A stretch of DNA of 49,821 bases, filler included, from Catajapyx aquilonaris (taxonomy: Eukaryota), in the NCBI GenBank assembly GCA_000934665.2. It is 3 parts of 3 records of this genome, joined end to end, with 100 filler letters (N's around TTAATTAATTAA, not from the genome) between each part and the next. Parts side by side here need not be neighbours in the genome. Positions count along the whole stretch, not along the records: positions 1 to 16,178 come from JYFJ02007263.1; 2 more parts are not named here. One strand, written 5' to 3'. The notes under the pieces are model-generated. The model was not told the DNA's origin, ran no database searches, and saw nothing but the letters and a program-made list of their open reading frames with translations. This document shows, piece by piece, positions 1 through 11,600 of the stretch. Each line of letters begins with the position of its first letter. Within the stretch, counting starts at the first letter, position 1. The position numbers were made by a program, and so were the translations under genes.

Positions 1-152
1 TATTATTTTTGGAACTTTAAGACGTCATAACTTTTGCAAATATGGACGTCAGCACGAAATATTTCATTTTTGGGCATCATATATTGTCCTGTATTAGGGC
101 GTCCAATTTCATCAAGATCCGACATTATCACCCCGTGACCTTCCCTTGTGAG
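1..152. mobile_element. Right arm of a foldback MITE, same family as 39934-40845
   Basis: Near-identical to 40694-40845, ends cccttgtgag followed by TA. Confidence 0.85.
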
Positions 153-627
153 TATGATAATGATGGTGGCCTAAACTGAGTTTAGATCATCATTATCATT
201 ATAATCACATTCTTGACTCTATGCAACACAATGTCTGTCCATGGAAATGCATCACTATTTCCGTGTTCCTGAGGTCACTCATAACTAATAATGACCATTA
301 ATTTTGTCTCAACGTTTTCTATTCTTCCTCCAAGGGGGGGAATTGTCTGTCTCCCCCCCCCCCCCNCACCACCCCCTTTTTTTTTTTGAGTTGTAAGGCG
401 GATGTATCAGTCTGCCTAGGGGTCTGCGGATAAAATGGTTCAGGTATTATTCGGCTAATAACAACAGTTCAATATGCCTTCCATGATTAGACAAATGCGC
501 AAATATAAGTCTCAACGTCATAGAAACTGTGCCACGGCTGCGATAAGTGACGTTCAAGATGTCATCAGTGACCCTTCAGTGCCCTATTACTTTATTCTGA
601 TGATGAAAAGAATTAAATAAAAATAGG

Positions 628-961
628 CAGTAAAACTGCCGAAAACTATTCTTCCTCTGGGTGAGATGAAAAGTAAGAAACAAGTCCATAGGTGGGGGTT
701 GGTTCGTGTCATGGGGATGTGTGATAATTAAATTTAATTCAAAACATTCGTGCTTTGGAGCTGGGAAGAATTAGGCAGAGTATGAGAGTCGGAGTACATA
801 AAAGCGATATCTGCCTAATTCTTCCCAGCTCCAAAGCACGAATGTTTTGAATTAAATTTAATTATCACACAACCCCATGACATGAACCAACCCCCACCTA
901 TGGACTTGTTTCTTACTTTTAATCTCACCCAGAGGAAGAATAGTTTTCGGCAGTGTTACTG
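628..961. repeat. Foldback element, ~152-bp inverted arms with ~30-bp spacer
   Basis: 628-779 is the reverse complement of 810-961 with few mismatches. Confidence 0.88.
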
Positions 962-1241
962 TTTTTTTTGTTTTTTAAAATCTTGGGGCAGTCAAAAAAC
1001 AAAATCACTCAAAATATAGGGATAATTTCAAATCAGTGGGCAAAAATGTTGCTAGACCAGCTCAGATTTTGGTTTAAAAAATCACCGCTGTACATGCCTA
1101 TGCCATAACCCTGCATATCAAGTTTCAGCCATATTTCAAAATATCGTGCGGAGGGAAGAAATCGCGAAATTTTGTTAATTTGGCATTTCTTGAATTTTTT
1201 TTTTAGGTTAGTGAAAGTGATCAAGACCCAATAATCATATA

Positions 1242-1787
1242 CAGGGTGTTTCAGAGTCATGGGTCAAGCGCGCGCGAGCGGGTGAGGAAAAATTGTAGGT
1301 GGCGACAACCCCGGTCGGTTTTATAAAACAACTACTGTAGAAATACGGCAGTAATCAATTTATATATTACAGGCGTACGGCGTGACGTCACATCCTTTCT
1401 GTTCGAATTGACTGGCACGGACTGGCAAGTGCAGCATGGGTTGAACCTGGTTGAATGCCTTTTTAGCCTTGCGGGTTGCACTGAAGAAGGCGCTCTCATG
1501 TTATACCAGTAGGGTACTGTACAGTAGTGTGTACAGTACCCTGCTGGTATAGCAGGAGAGTGCCTTTTTAAGTGCAACATGCAAGGCTAAAAAGCCATTC
1601 AACCAGGTTCAACCCATGCTGCACTTGCCAGTCACAGAAAGGATGTGATGTCATGCCATATGGCCGTAATAAATAAATTGATTACTGCTGTATTTCTAGT
1701 TGTTTTATAAAACCGACCGGGGTTGTCGCCATCTACGATTTTTCCCCACCCCCTCGCGCGCTTGACCGGTGACTCTGAAACACCCAG
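1242..1787. mobile_element. Tc1/mariner-type foldback MITE (CAGGGTG termini, TA TSD)
   Basis: Long inverted arms flanked by TA, second copy at 11624-12213. Confidence 0.9.
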
Positions 1788-2460
1788 TACATCAAATGAA
1801 AGAGAATCACCAGGAGAATGCATCTATTAGTTTTCCTCTTAAATGTGATCAGAAAAACGTGTGGCATTCCATCAGTCACATGTCCAATTATTTGCGCGGG
1901 GCGAATTCAAAAATTGTGAGACTCGAAACAGGACAAAAGTCGCACTGGTTAGGTAAGAACTACTTCTCAGGGCTTACTGTAGCGTGCAGTTCTACACAAT
2001 TTGTGCAGTTCTAAAAGCCAAATGTGCAGTTCTGAATAAGGATTTGTGCAGTCAGGTAATAGCAGACAAGTCTGTTATATCCGGATTCAACTGCACTTGT
2101 ACATTGGCACTGCTGGAAATATGATGGGACCGAGCTTTCTACTTGCTTATATCAGATGTGTTTACAGTATAGGAGGATTCCACTGTACTTGTCAGCTATT
2201 ACAATCACCTAAGATTGTGTGACCTTGAACCAAAAAAAAAAAAAAACTGCGGCGGGCTTATTCGGTTTGGGGGAGGGGGGCGCGAAATCTGAAATTACTT
2301 TCTAGGGGGGACCCTATGTGGCAAAGTTTTAGAACAGCTGGACTATGGACTTGAGCATAATTTAATTTTGCCTGAAATCTAGTTACAAAGAGTTAGCTCA
2401 GTCTGCTCACCTTGTTTTATTTGGCCGTCTAACTTCACTGAACTTATCATGTGTTTTCAG

Positions 2461-2610
2461 AAAAACCGTATCATGTCTGACATGGACTTACTGACTTCAC
2501 AAATAGAATCATTGAGGGCATGTGAAAAGTATGACGAAGCTGAACAGATGATTAAGGCGAAGAAAAATATGCAACGAAAAATTGACATTCTGAACAGCGA
2601 CATTAACTTG
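2461..2610 (+). CDS. SETX: SETX-like exon (KNRIMSDMDLL...LNSDINL)
   Basis: ttttcag acceptor, gtaagt donor, open frame, phase 0/0. Confidence 0.8.
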
Positions 2611-5600
2611 GTAAGTACATAAATAAATGTAATAAGGTTCCTGTTGTGTAACTTATTGTTATGTAGGGAAAATCTTCGACTGATCGGGATTATCGGGCAA
2701 GGCTGCAACGCCAGATTCTGAACGAGGCCGATGTCATAGCAACCACACTGAGCTCTTCTATGACATTACCTTTCAGCAATAACAGGTATGTTTCCAGTAG
2801 CAGGTTAAAGACCATTACTCTGAAACCTTCTGCATTTAAGATTATATGGTGGCATTAAGAACTCAACTTGATTTATTGTGAAATATTAGTAAGAGATATG
2901 TTACTGTCATTCTAGCGAATGTTTATTGCCCTGTTCCATCAGTCTTTTTGATTGCTAGTTATATATAATAATGGTAATATCCGGGTAGTGCTTGGCCTTC
3001 TCGGCATGTAGCACGGACCTTTATTTGTACGATGTACATATTTGGAACCTAATTAATTATTGAAGCGCCCGGGCCCACGGGCAGGATGACAGGAGGGGAT
3101 GTGCAAGGTGCAGTTATGTGGCCATTTTTAGTGAACTCCCCCGGGTGGTTTAGTCTGTAGGAAATACCACCCGAGACGAAGCCAGAGGTGACCCAATGAA
3201 CTCTGCACGAGATGAAGGGGGTGTCCCCCGGGCTGGGATCGAACCCGGGACCTTGACATTCGTGGGCGCATACGTTACCGCAGCACCACTCCGCCTCCCC
3301 GATTGCTAGTTATGAGCTTGTAGTTAAACACCACTAAAACAGTAGATTGCATTTCACCAACATGCAGTATTCTCAACCACTTCTTAATGGGAAACAGCCC
3401 AAGATGACTACACCCACTACCCATCTGTACTTAGCAATGACACAGGTTGTATTTAGCCACAATGAACTATGAAGAACTCAGGTAACATTTGATCTTAATA
3501 TAGCTTGGAAACCTATCTGTCAAGGGGAAATTTTGGGGTCCTGTGTGATTCCACAATGCACAGGTTTCATTGTAACACCTAATTCAGGATAATGTAAATA
3601 CACACACACACACACCCTCTTCAAGGCATAGTCCCAAGTATGGGGTGCCAGCGATGACATAGTGTATATGTTAGGCTCAAACCCTGAAAACAGCCATTAC
3701 GCGAAAAAACCGTCCATTCTGCAGAATGATCTGTGCCAAACCATCCATTCTGCAGAATGCTCATTGTCCAATCATCAATTCTGCAGAATGCTCCTTTCTC
3801 AAACCATCCATTCTGCAGAATGGACGGTTTAATGAAACGGCCAGAGCCCGAAATGATCTTTTTAAGGCCAGAACGCTTTCCTGGGCGAAACTTACATGTC
3901 AGGACTCCAATTTCGTGTCGGGATGGCTGGTTTAGAAGACGCCCATAACTCGTTGTGGCAGTTTCCTGTTTCCCACTGTGCCATGTAGAAGCTGGAAATA
4001 AATCACCCTATTGTTGTTTGGCCTGGAAGAAGATGTACTACTACTAAATTCACGGTGGAAGACCGGATAGGCCCTGCCCACTGTAAAATCACGTTTGGAA
4101 ATACGTTCGACATTTTTGTAGTATTAGGGAAAGCTTATGGAGAAATACCATTGGAGTAGAGCTTAACCGTTTTTCCCGGCTTGGCACACTCCTGCTGAGT
4201 TGCCAAGAGTGGCAATCGCCTCAAGGGGAAGGATGGATGTGGGGAGAGGTACAATAGGGTTTATTGGGGTAGAAGAGGTAAATAAAGCAGTCCCCTGCCA
4301 TAAACCATCGAACCTTCCACATTTGGCAGCAGAGCTGGCCATGACCAGTGGTAGGGGGTGGAGCCTATCCGGTCTTCCACCGTGAATTTAGTAGTAGTAA
4401 TGCTGATTATAAATATTTGGAGGTAGGCCTAACACAGTTCTTGGAAATGATGTACTAGTAATAATGGTATCAAATATTTGGAGGTAATAGTTCCTGGAAA
4501 ATAAACAGCCCCATCAAATGTTAAGTCTTTCAACCATTTGCCAAACAACAATAGGGTGATTTATTTCCAGCTTCTACATGGCACAGTGGGAAATAGGAAA
4601 CTGCCACAACGAGTTATGGGCGTCTTCTAAACCAGCCATTCCGACACGAAATTGGAGTCCTGACGTGTAAGTTTCACCCAGGAAAGCATTCTGGCCTTAA
4701 AAAGATCATTTCGGGCTCTGGCCGTTTCATTAAACCGTCCATTCTGCAGAATGGATGGTTTGAGAAAGGAGCATTCTGCAGAATGGACGTTTTAAAACTG
4801 TTTAAAGCATCCATTCTGCAGAATGCGCCATCCATTCTGCAGAATGGATGGTTTGGCACAGATCATTCTGCAGAATGGACGGTTTTTTCGCGCAATGGCC
4901 GTTTTCGGGGTTTAAGCCTAACATATACAACACTTTGCCATCTTGTGTGACCATTTGTACAATGTAAATGATAGGTGAAAAGGAAAGCCTCAGTGCATGT
5001 AGGGAAACTGAAATACTGAAATATACTGTAGAAGCTACCTTTCAATTCAAGCCCTGAATGAAAAGTTGTGCCATGCTCTAATCCAGTGGTTTCCAACCGG
5101 GGGGTCGCGAGCCTTTGTTCAACTTTTTTTTTTTGTAAAATCTGTGTATATTGAACCATTTTTGTGACCGTACAGAGTGTATGTTTTCTGGAAATGGGGC
5201 AGTTGTAGAAGGGGCCGGGGGGNNNNNGGGGGGGGGGGGGGGGGTGTCACACATTCATGGAAACATGTTTACATGGTCACAATTGGTAAAGGGTTGGAAA
5301 CCACTGCTCTAATCAGTTCAAGCCAGGGTTCAAGGTGATTTTGGGGTATGCAAGACCTGGTTAAATTTCATGACATTTGATACTGGATACAAATCTTAAT
5401 GATTAGCGTGTGTTACCTTACAGAGAGAAGTTGAAGTTCGCGTGCTGCATTGTCGATGAAGCCAGCCAGTGTAGCGAGCCAGAGAGTCTGATTCCGATGA
5501 CCTTGGGGATCACAAAACTCTTCCTAGTGGGTGACCCACAGCAACTTCCTGCTACTGTCCTTTCTTCGGTAATATTGCATGTTTCTACCTAATAACTGAC

Positions 5601-8600
5601 AGTGACATTGTTCAAGAGCCTTTCCTTAGCATTCCTAAGTACTAGACTCAAATATCAAATCTGAGCTTAGATTATGGCCCAGCATATCAAAATGTTGAGT
5701 TGTAGATTATGTTAAGCAATGATGACAATGAAGATTAAAATCCTTGAGTTCATTTATGTGGCTGTAGGGCATCGCATAATTACCTGATGTGTGCTGAGGA
5801 GGGCAAAAAGTAGGTGCAAACCTCCAAAAAGTACAAAGAAACAAAAAAAAAACAACATTGACTTGATAGGGAATCAAGTGCGGAAAACCAAATGATAATA
5901 ATCTGACGTCATCATTTCTTGCATTGTTGCTTTTTGTTGCTACTGTGTACTCATATTGTTCTGTGAGGCTATTTCCATGGAGACCTTGGTGCCTTGAGAT
6001 CGCCATATCGTTTTCCACGCTGTAGATGTCACTTTGGTACTACCACTCATTTCAATTAATGCATTTGTAAATCATGGTATAATACAATACAGATTGAGAA
6101 TCCTTTCTCCGAAATGCTTGGGACAAGAAGTGTTCCGGATTTTGGAATATTTGTACAAGGGTTGTCCGACAATTATTGGCAACACTGTTAGCACTCAGCA
6201 CCCCTGGCTGCTAGGATCAAATGTGGATAGGTACTTTTAAGGCCCATTTCCAAAGAAGCTTCAGCTGGAAAAAGTGCGCTCTGGCACTCGCATTAGCTCC
6301 AGCTGCAACGCGTTCCTAGCACTGGTTTGTTATTCAAGCAGCTTGCTTCAACATCGAACTCCTGTCAATATTTCAAGCTAGCAATGGCTGGAATTTCCTT
6401 CTGACCAATCCGCACGGCTCCCTGTGGTCACGTGGGACAATCTCGGTGGGGTAGGTGGCTAGGGGTGGGGCAATGACGCGGGGTATAGGGAGGCCGGGGT
6501 ATAGTGAAGGAAAAAAGATGACCAGTCGAAGGTCATGGAAGGAGCTGCTCGGGCAGAGGGCCCTCCCAATGCAGGGGGAGGCAGCGAGGAGAGACAGACT
6601 GATTAGCAACCTTAAAAGAGTGACCTTTTAGCCTAAAGAGCAATCTCCTCCGCTCCGTTGTGATCGCCATCTTGGTTTTCACAAGCTGGCACGAGCTGGA
6701 TAGCCAAAGCTTCTTTGGAAACCGGTCTGAGGGTGCTAGCTGTGAAGCAGCCGCTAAGGTGAGCTCCAGAGCTCCCTTTTTCAAGCTGAAGCTTCTTTGG
6801 CCTTTCGAGTCAACCCTGGGGAACCCTACAGTACCATTCTCAAAGCAGTCACAGCAAAATGTGCAGAGAAGCGCCTGTTCAATGTGTACTCCTTTATGCT
6901 ATTGCCCTAAGACAGCCTTGCTTCATCAAGATCCTTGTTGCACGTGGAGAATCTGTCAGACAGCACCAGCAAGGTCTTGTGCAGGTGTGTGGTGACTCTG
7001 TCTCTGTATTGTACCATTACGAGGTTGGTACAAGCTTTTGAAGAAGGCCCACTCCGTACCACAACAGACCCGAGCCATGACGAATTTGTGACAACTCCGT
7101 TGGACATAACCTGCGATTGACCTGCATGGAATTGGCAAGGGAATTGGAAAGCAGCATCAATATCATAATTGCAGCATCATCTCTACCCAGAAATTCACCT
7201 TAAGAGGCTAGCCTAGTGGGCCTACTTACTCAAATTTTCGCCAGTAGCGCTGGTGTTGACTACCACTAGTGACCACTGGTGACAGAATGTGAAACTGATT
7301 GCCGGCTACTTTTCCTTTCAATCAGCCCAAGAATCACCCCAACCGCCATAAACCACAAGTCCAGTCCTCCAACACCACCCACTACCCCTATTTGGACCGT
7401 CTCTTTGCCTTCAAGGGTTCGCCCCCACCACCCACTGGTACTTTTTTCTTTTCACTCCGGGGTCCGGCCAATCCGCAGAAAATCAGACTTTTGCTGCCTT
7501 GTAAAATGAGTGACGTCTCATGCTCGTAGAAGGCCTGTTATTCTGTCCAACCCCAACCCCTGTATATCATTTTCCGTGTGCTCCGGCCTCTCGTCCTACA
7601 TTTTGCCATTCTTATTATCGGCCTAAAATCATCATAGGACCGCGAAAGAAACACTGTCGAGTGCGCAAAGAAACGGACATTCATAATATCAAACTCACCC
7701 CCACCTGGCACAATCTGACCCCGTTTTAAGGCATTGCATCGTTCCGGCAATAAATCATGGTGTCAAAAGACGTACAAATATTCATGTGCACAAAAACAAC
7801 CATGGTAAACCCTGACCTTTTTTCCACCCTCTGGGAAGGGTCCGGCTGAGAAACCATCCCTTCCATAAAAGCACTAAAGCAGCCAAAGGGGCTGTGACGA
7901 ATAGTTCATCTGGATGCGCCCACCCGCCAGTATAGCGGCCAAAGGCTGAACTGCGTCCAAGAAAACACCAAAGTTTTGCAATGAACTGCAGCAAGTTCGT
8001 TCTTCAGTTGGTGAGGCTTCACTTTTTAACGCCGGTAACTTACCACCTGGGCATCTTATCCGGAAAGGATGTCCGCAGGCGTTTAATCATAGTTTTCCCA
8101 CCCCAAGTTCATAACATCAATGCTTGTAGTGGAAAATCCGGGGAAAGGGGGACATGAAATTTTCGCGAATTAATTGTGGACAACTTATTGCAAATTTTTC
8201 CTTGAAATGAGTTTGAGCACACTGCAAATGCATCTTTTCAGCGAAGGACCATTTTTAGAACGATGTAGATTTTGCTTTCTGGTCTATTCCTGTGAAGCTC
8301 TGCAAAATCTAGACAAATGTTTGCAAATTATTTCTGCGAACCACGCTAGGATTTTTGTATTTCCGCTGTGGCCATATGAAAGCCCATTTCATATGCAGTA
8401 AGGGATAATAATTTTATTTAATTTGGTCCAAAAGGAACCTCATGTTTAAAGTAAACGCACATGCCTGTGTCACTCCAATTTAGCTGTTTCCTTGCCTGGC
8501 TTTCCTCTTAAGAGGAAGGATTTGTTGCAGAGGGGACCCATTGTCTTCCACAACAACACTTGCTGTCATGTGTCCATTTCTGTTCAGAAACTTCTAAAGA

Positions 8601-11600
8601 AATGGGAATGGGAGCTGTTGGAATCCTCTCTATTCACCTGATATGAGTACATGTGACTACGTTCAACTCCAAAAATTGAAGGGCTCGGGAGTAAACAATG
8701 GTAAGGGATATGTAAAACCCATACCCTTACCATTGTTTACTCCCGAGCCCTTCAATTAAGGAATCCCCATGTGGCTTTCGTTTCTGTATGAAGGAAGCAT
8801 GTCTTAGGGCAGTCCCTGCGTGGAACCTCCACAAAAGATGTTGCTGACGGCGTTCGAAGTCTTTCAGAGATATGGGGAAATGTGATAAAAATGGCCAGGG
8901 ACTACACCTAGGTAATGTGAAATGTTCACCGAAGCAGGTTGGTGTAGTGGATATGGAGTCCGCCTGCTAATCGAGAGGTCCTGGGTTCGTATTCCCGGGC
9001 CGGCGACCCTGACCGTGGTTTTCTGTGGTTTCCCACGGTCCTTCCAGGATAATTCTGGTGTCGTTTCCGTAACAACAGGCCACAGCCGCTTCCTTCCATC
9101 CCTATCATATCCCAAAAAGCACAGTAAAATGAAAAGCAAAGAGTTCCAGGCAAAACAAAAATTTCCCCCCTAAAGAGCCGCTGGCTGATAACGGGGTATG
9201 AATTATTATAATAATTATTAATTATAATGTGAAATGTTCAAGTGTGTACCCATGCTGAAACGAAAATTACAGCAGTGTTGCCAATAATTGTCGGACGACC
9301 CTCGTATGTTTCCATCTATAAAATGTGACGGCTGTGGGATGGGACCTAAGCCTAAACACGATATCCATTTTTATTTCTTATTAGAGGTTGTAAGTAGATC
9401 CTGAATCAGTCAAGTTACACTTACATGGAGATGTCTATTTATGGCATGTCATGTAAGCATTCAAAAGACTTCGATTTTAGACGTTTTTGGAATTTTGGAT
9501 AAAAGATACTCAACCTGTATAGGGTAAACTGCATAGTGATGGCCAGTTTAGCGTATTGGTCAGAGTAATACATGAATACCCTCAGAATTTCTTTCTGCAT
9601 AAATTTTCTAAAATGCTGATCTAATAACAGGATTTGCTAGTTCACATTCCATCAAATTCATTTAAATCTGTCAGCATGTGTGCGTATATTTAAATGCACA
9701 AAATATACTGCCTAAAAGACAGTAATGGCCACCCCTACAAATGATAATGGCCAGGTGCCAAGATAGTGACGGTCATAGCAGCAAAACAATAGGATATCTA
9801 CAGTAGGAACCTAAGGACAGTATAGGGACCATTGGTATTAGTACCGTAGGCGTAACTGACAGGCGATAAATCCACACAAAAGCATGCAGGTTGTAGAAAC
9901 TGGCCGTCACTGTATCGTTTATCCTACATGGGCAGCATGTCTGTTTGTGAGGTGCCATTACTGCTCTTGCAATGACCTCAGTGGGCTGATTTTCAACCTA
10001 GTTCAAGCCAAGGCAAGGGTTCCAAGAGTCACAACATGGTCACTTTTTCATGGTATGGCATTTACACGGCTTATTCCTTAAAGAACCAAGATGCAGTGGG
10101 CCATCACTGTACGGTTTACCCTATCATGTTTTACCCATTCTGAGAGGGGTTTGCTTAAAAGGCTAATAAATCTGTCATAGTAGGTTTAACAGTAGTACTT
10201 TATGTGATTCTTCAATAGTCTATTCCTTTCTAATTACCGTATGATATGGGCATTTTTGCTGTAACGAACCAAGGTTCGGACGATTTTTTTCAAACTTTCA
10301 TTGCGATTTTCTGTGCTTATGGAAAACCTTTGAGGATTCTGTTTTTTTCTATCGAGTTCCAGGTACAGAGGGCTGAATTTTGCCACAAATCCGACACAAA
10401 TACAGTAAAACTTCTATAAGTCGAACTTCCCTAAGTCGAATAAAATTATGACCTTGGTTGGTTACAATAACTACCCTAACTCGAATTTCTATAACTCGAA
10501 GTTCTCCATAACTCGAAGTGCAGGCAGGGCCTTACCATGGGATATCAATGCATTTTCAGTCTCCCTAAGTCGAAGTTCATGTTGGCGAGTACGGAAAATT
10601 TTCTCATTTCCCAACCGAAGGGTCGAGAGTAGGTCACATGGACAGAAAGGCTCAATTTCCTGATCTCCGTCTACCAGACGTACCGAAGTGTTTGACTCGA
10701 TTGTGACAATTAAATCCTTGAATCTAAGAGTAGGCAAATGTCCATACGGAATGTTTTTTAACAACAAAACAACAAGGAACATTGTAAGTGTGATAGTGAC
10801 AGTATTTTTTAAAGTTTTGAACACCTTTCGTGGCTGGATATAAAGGTAGGCTTCCTTATAGAGTTCTGTGCTTTAAAAAAGCCAAACTTCTCCAAGTTGA
10901 ATCTTCTATAATTAGAAGTTTTTTCCCGGTCCCATGGAGATTCCATTTATAGAAGTTTTACTGTATATCATTTGATATCGCCAGAGGAGGGAGAACAAAC
11001 ACGGTAACGAGCGAAAGTTTTGAGGACACGCATTTCTTTGGGGACCAGGCTGACACAGACACATCAATGAAGTTGTGAACTGACTAGAGGGGAAAACATT
11101 TTAATAAATGTGTATTCAAAAATTTATAACAGCAAATTACAATTTGGCTGGTAAGTACAAAGATTATCTTGGGCAGTGAAAGACAAGGAAGTTCAACAGT
11201 ACCACAGAAATGCAGATTTTTAAATTTACTGCCTATAAAAAGCGGGAGGCTCTCATGACTGGGAAGAACCAAAGACTAACTGCCACCACCTGCCACCTTG
11301 ACCGCTAGAGACAATTAACTTCCGGACCACCCATCTTGCAGTGGCATTGTAAATAGAGGCAACTGTTTATAACCTGAGGGATTCGTGAAAATTTGTTTTC
11401 AGCATCATAAATACGAACCACGGAAGAGTACGGGCCCTCCTCTGGAGCTGTATCCCTCCCCTTCCTCCCCAAAAAATCGGCGGTAGCATCAGGGCATATC
11501 CGGGTAACACATCGCGCCACTTTGATTTGTAGCTTTTTACATTGAATTTGAAATCAGAGGCCTCTCAAGTCTCTGTAAACTAATTTTGACGCTAATACTG

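Larger units (their letters stand above)
6156..9304 (+). mobile_element. Decayed mariner element with nested insertions
   Basis: TIR caagggttgtccgacaattattggcaacactg / cagtgttgccaataattgtcggacgaccctcg, TA TSD. Transposase remnant at 8537-8910 (VFHNNTCCH, WEWELLE, YSPDMSTCDY). Confidence 0.85.
6090..9517 (+). mobile_element. Tigger/pogo-type MITE (Tigger4/MER46-like) split by a mariner insertion
   Basis: cagattgagaatcc...gatactcaacctg termini with TA flanks. Pieces are 6090-6155 and 9305-9517. Related copy at ~27070-27286 (-). Confidence 0.75.

Noticed and set aside
3230..3300. tRNA genes (also 8928-9003, 25540-25610, 34243-34320, 49136-49208)
   Set aside because: These tRNA-like heads continue into shared SINE bodies, most with tails and TSDs.
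3715..4877. CRISPR-like array of palindromic repeats with spacers
   Set aside because: Repeats are only 14 bp, spacers are mostly ~17 bp and similar to each other, the array is mirrored in the two arms of a foldback element, the context is a eukaryotic intron, and there are no cas genes.
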